This document shows positions 44,777 through 45,011 of a stretch of 45,011 nt of DNA, piece after piece. The stretch is taken from the sequence record NC_073054.1; one strand, written 5' to 3'. This DNA comes from Escherichia phage JLBYU37. The number at the start of each line of letters is the position of its first letter. The first letter of the stretch is position 1. Made by a program: the position numbers and the translations under genes. Below the pieces are notes generated by a model, which did not search any database, had not been told where the DNA came from, and was given only the letters and a program-made list of their open reading frames with translations.

Positions 44777-45011
44777 AGTATTCGCAATCTTATTGATGTT
44801 TTTGCTCGGCGCGCTGGGTTTTATTCTGCATTGCGTACAAGGCGTATTAATGGTGGCGTGGATGATTCGACATCCGACCCGCTGGCTGGACGACGGTTAT
44901 AGCGACGCTGCCGTCGACTGGGTGGAGAGGAATATCGACCGCCCGCCGTTAAGCTGGATCGAGAACGCTACCAACTACGTGACCAGAAATCTTTTTAATA
45001 AAAGTGCTTGA
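44769..45011 (+). CDS. small membrane protein (80 aa)
   Basis: Hydrophobic helix pair AILLMFLLGALGFILHC...LMVAWMI; ends at the last base of the window. Confidence 0.45.
   Translation: MNKVFAILLMFLLGALGFILHCVQGVLMVAWMIRHPTRWLDDGYSDAAVDWVERNIDRPPLSWIENATNYVTRNLFNKSA

Noticed and set aside
1-45011. Lysogeny module (integrase, CI-like repressor, attP) and tRNA genes
   Set aside because: No tyrosine or serine recombinase motifs and no cloverleaf-like sequences were recognised by eye; absence cannot be proven without tRNAscan and HMM searches, so lifestyle is left unassigned.

Overview
This 45 kb window reads as a near-complete genome of a tailed dsDNA phage (siphovirus-type, lambda-like tail module), apparently circularly permuted so that one replication module is split across the two window ends. 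All protein-family calls below come from motif reading of the supplied translations, not from database searches. Plus strand, 91-9899 and 42219-45011: an early/replication block with an SSB-like protein, family A DNA polymerase, VRR-NUC nuclease, SNF2-type helicase, C5- and N6-methyltransferase-like genes, small accessory genes, an acidic repeat protein and a Cas4-like PD-(D/E)XK nuclease. Minus strand, 41951 down to 9927: HTH regulator, primase-helicase, a cluster of small genes, holin/holin/endolysin, an HTH-fused Mre11/SbcD-like phosphoesterase, TerS, TerL, portal, head morphogenesis, spanin pair, scaffold, major capsid, neck, major tail, G/GT chaperone, tape measure, gpM/L/K/I/J-like tip genes and a tail fibre with a self-cleaving chaperone domain. 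No integrase, tRNA, rRNA or CRISPR array was recognised. The most interesting signals are non-coding or accessory: (1) two copies of a ~185 bp element packed with GTCCCGC iterons, one inside the tail operon and one beside the primase gene; (2) a recurring ATATTGGTTGCAC promoter/operator motif that marks a set of accessory genes; (3) a reverse-oriented 254-aa gene of unknown function inside the head module; (4) a lipoprotein gene divergent from the tail fibre gene; (5) charged tandem-repeat proteins; (6) chains of small membrane-protein genes missed by the >=60 aa ORF track. No single complete novel defence system could be demonstrated from sequence alone.
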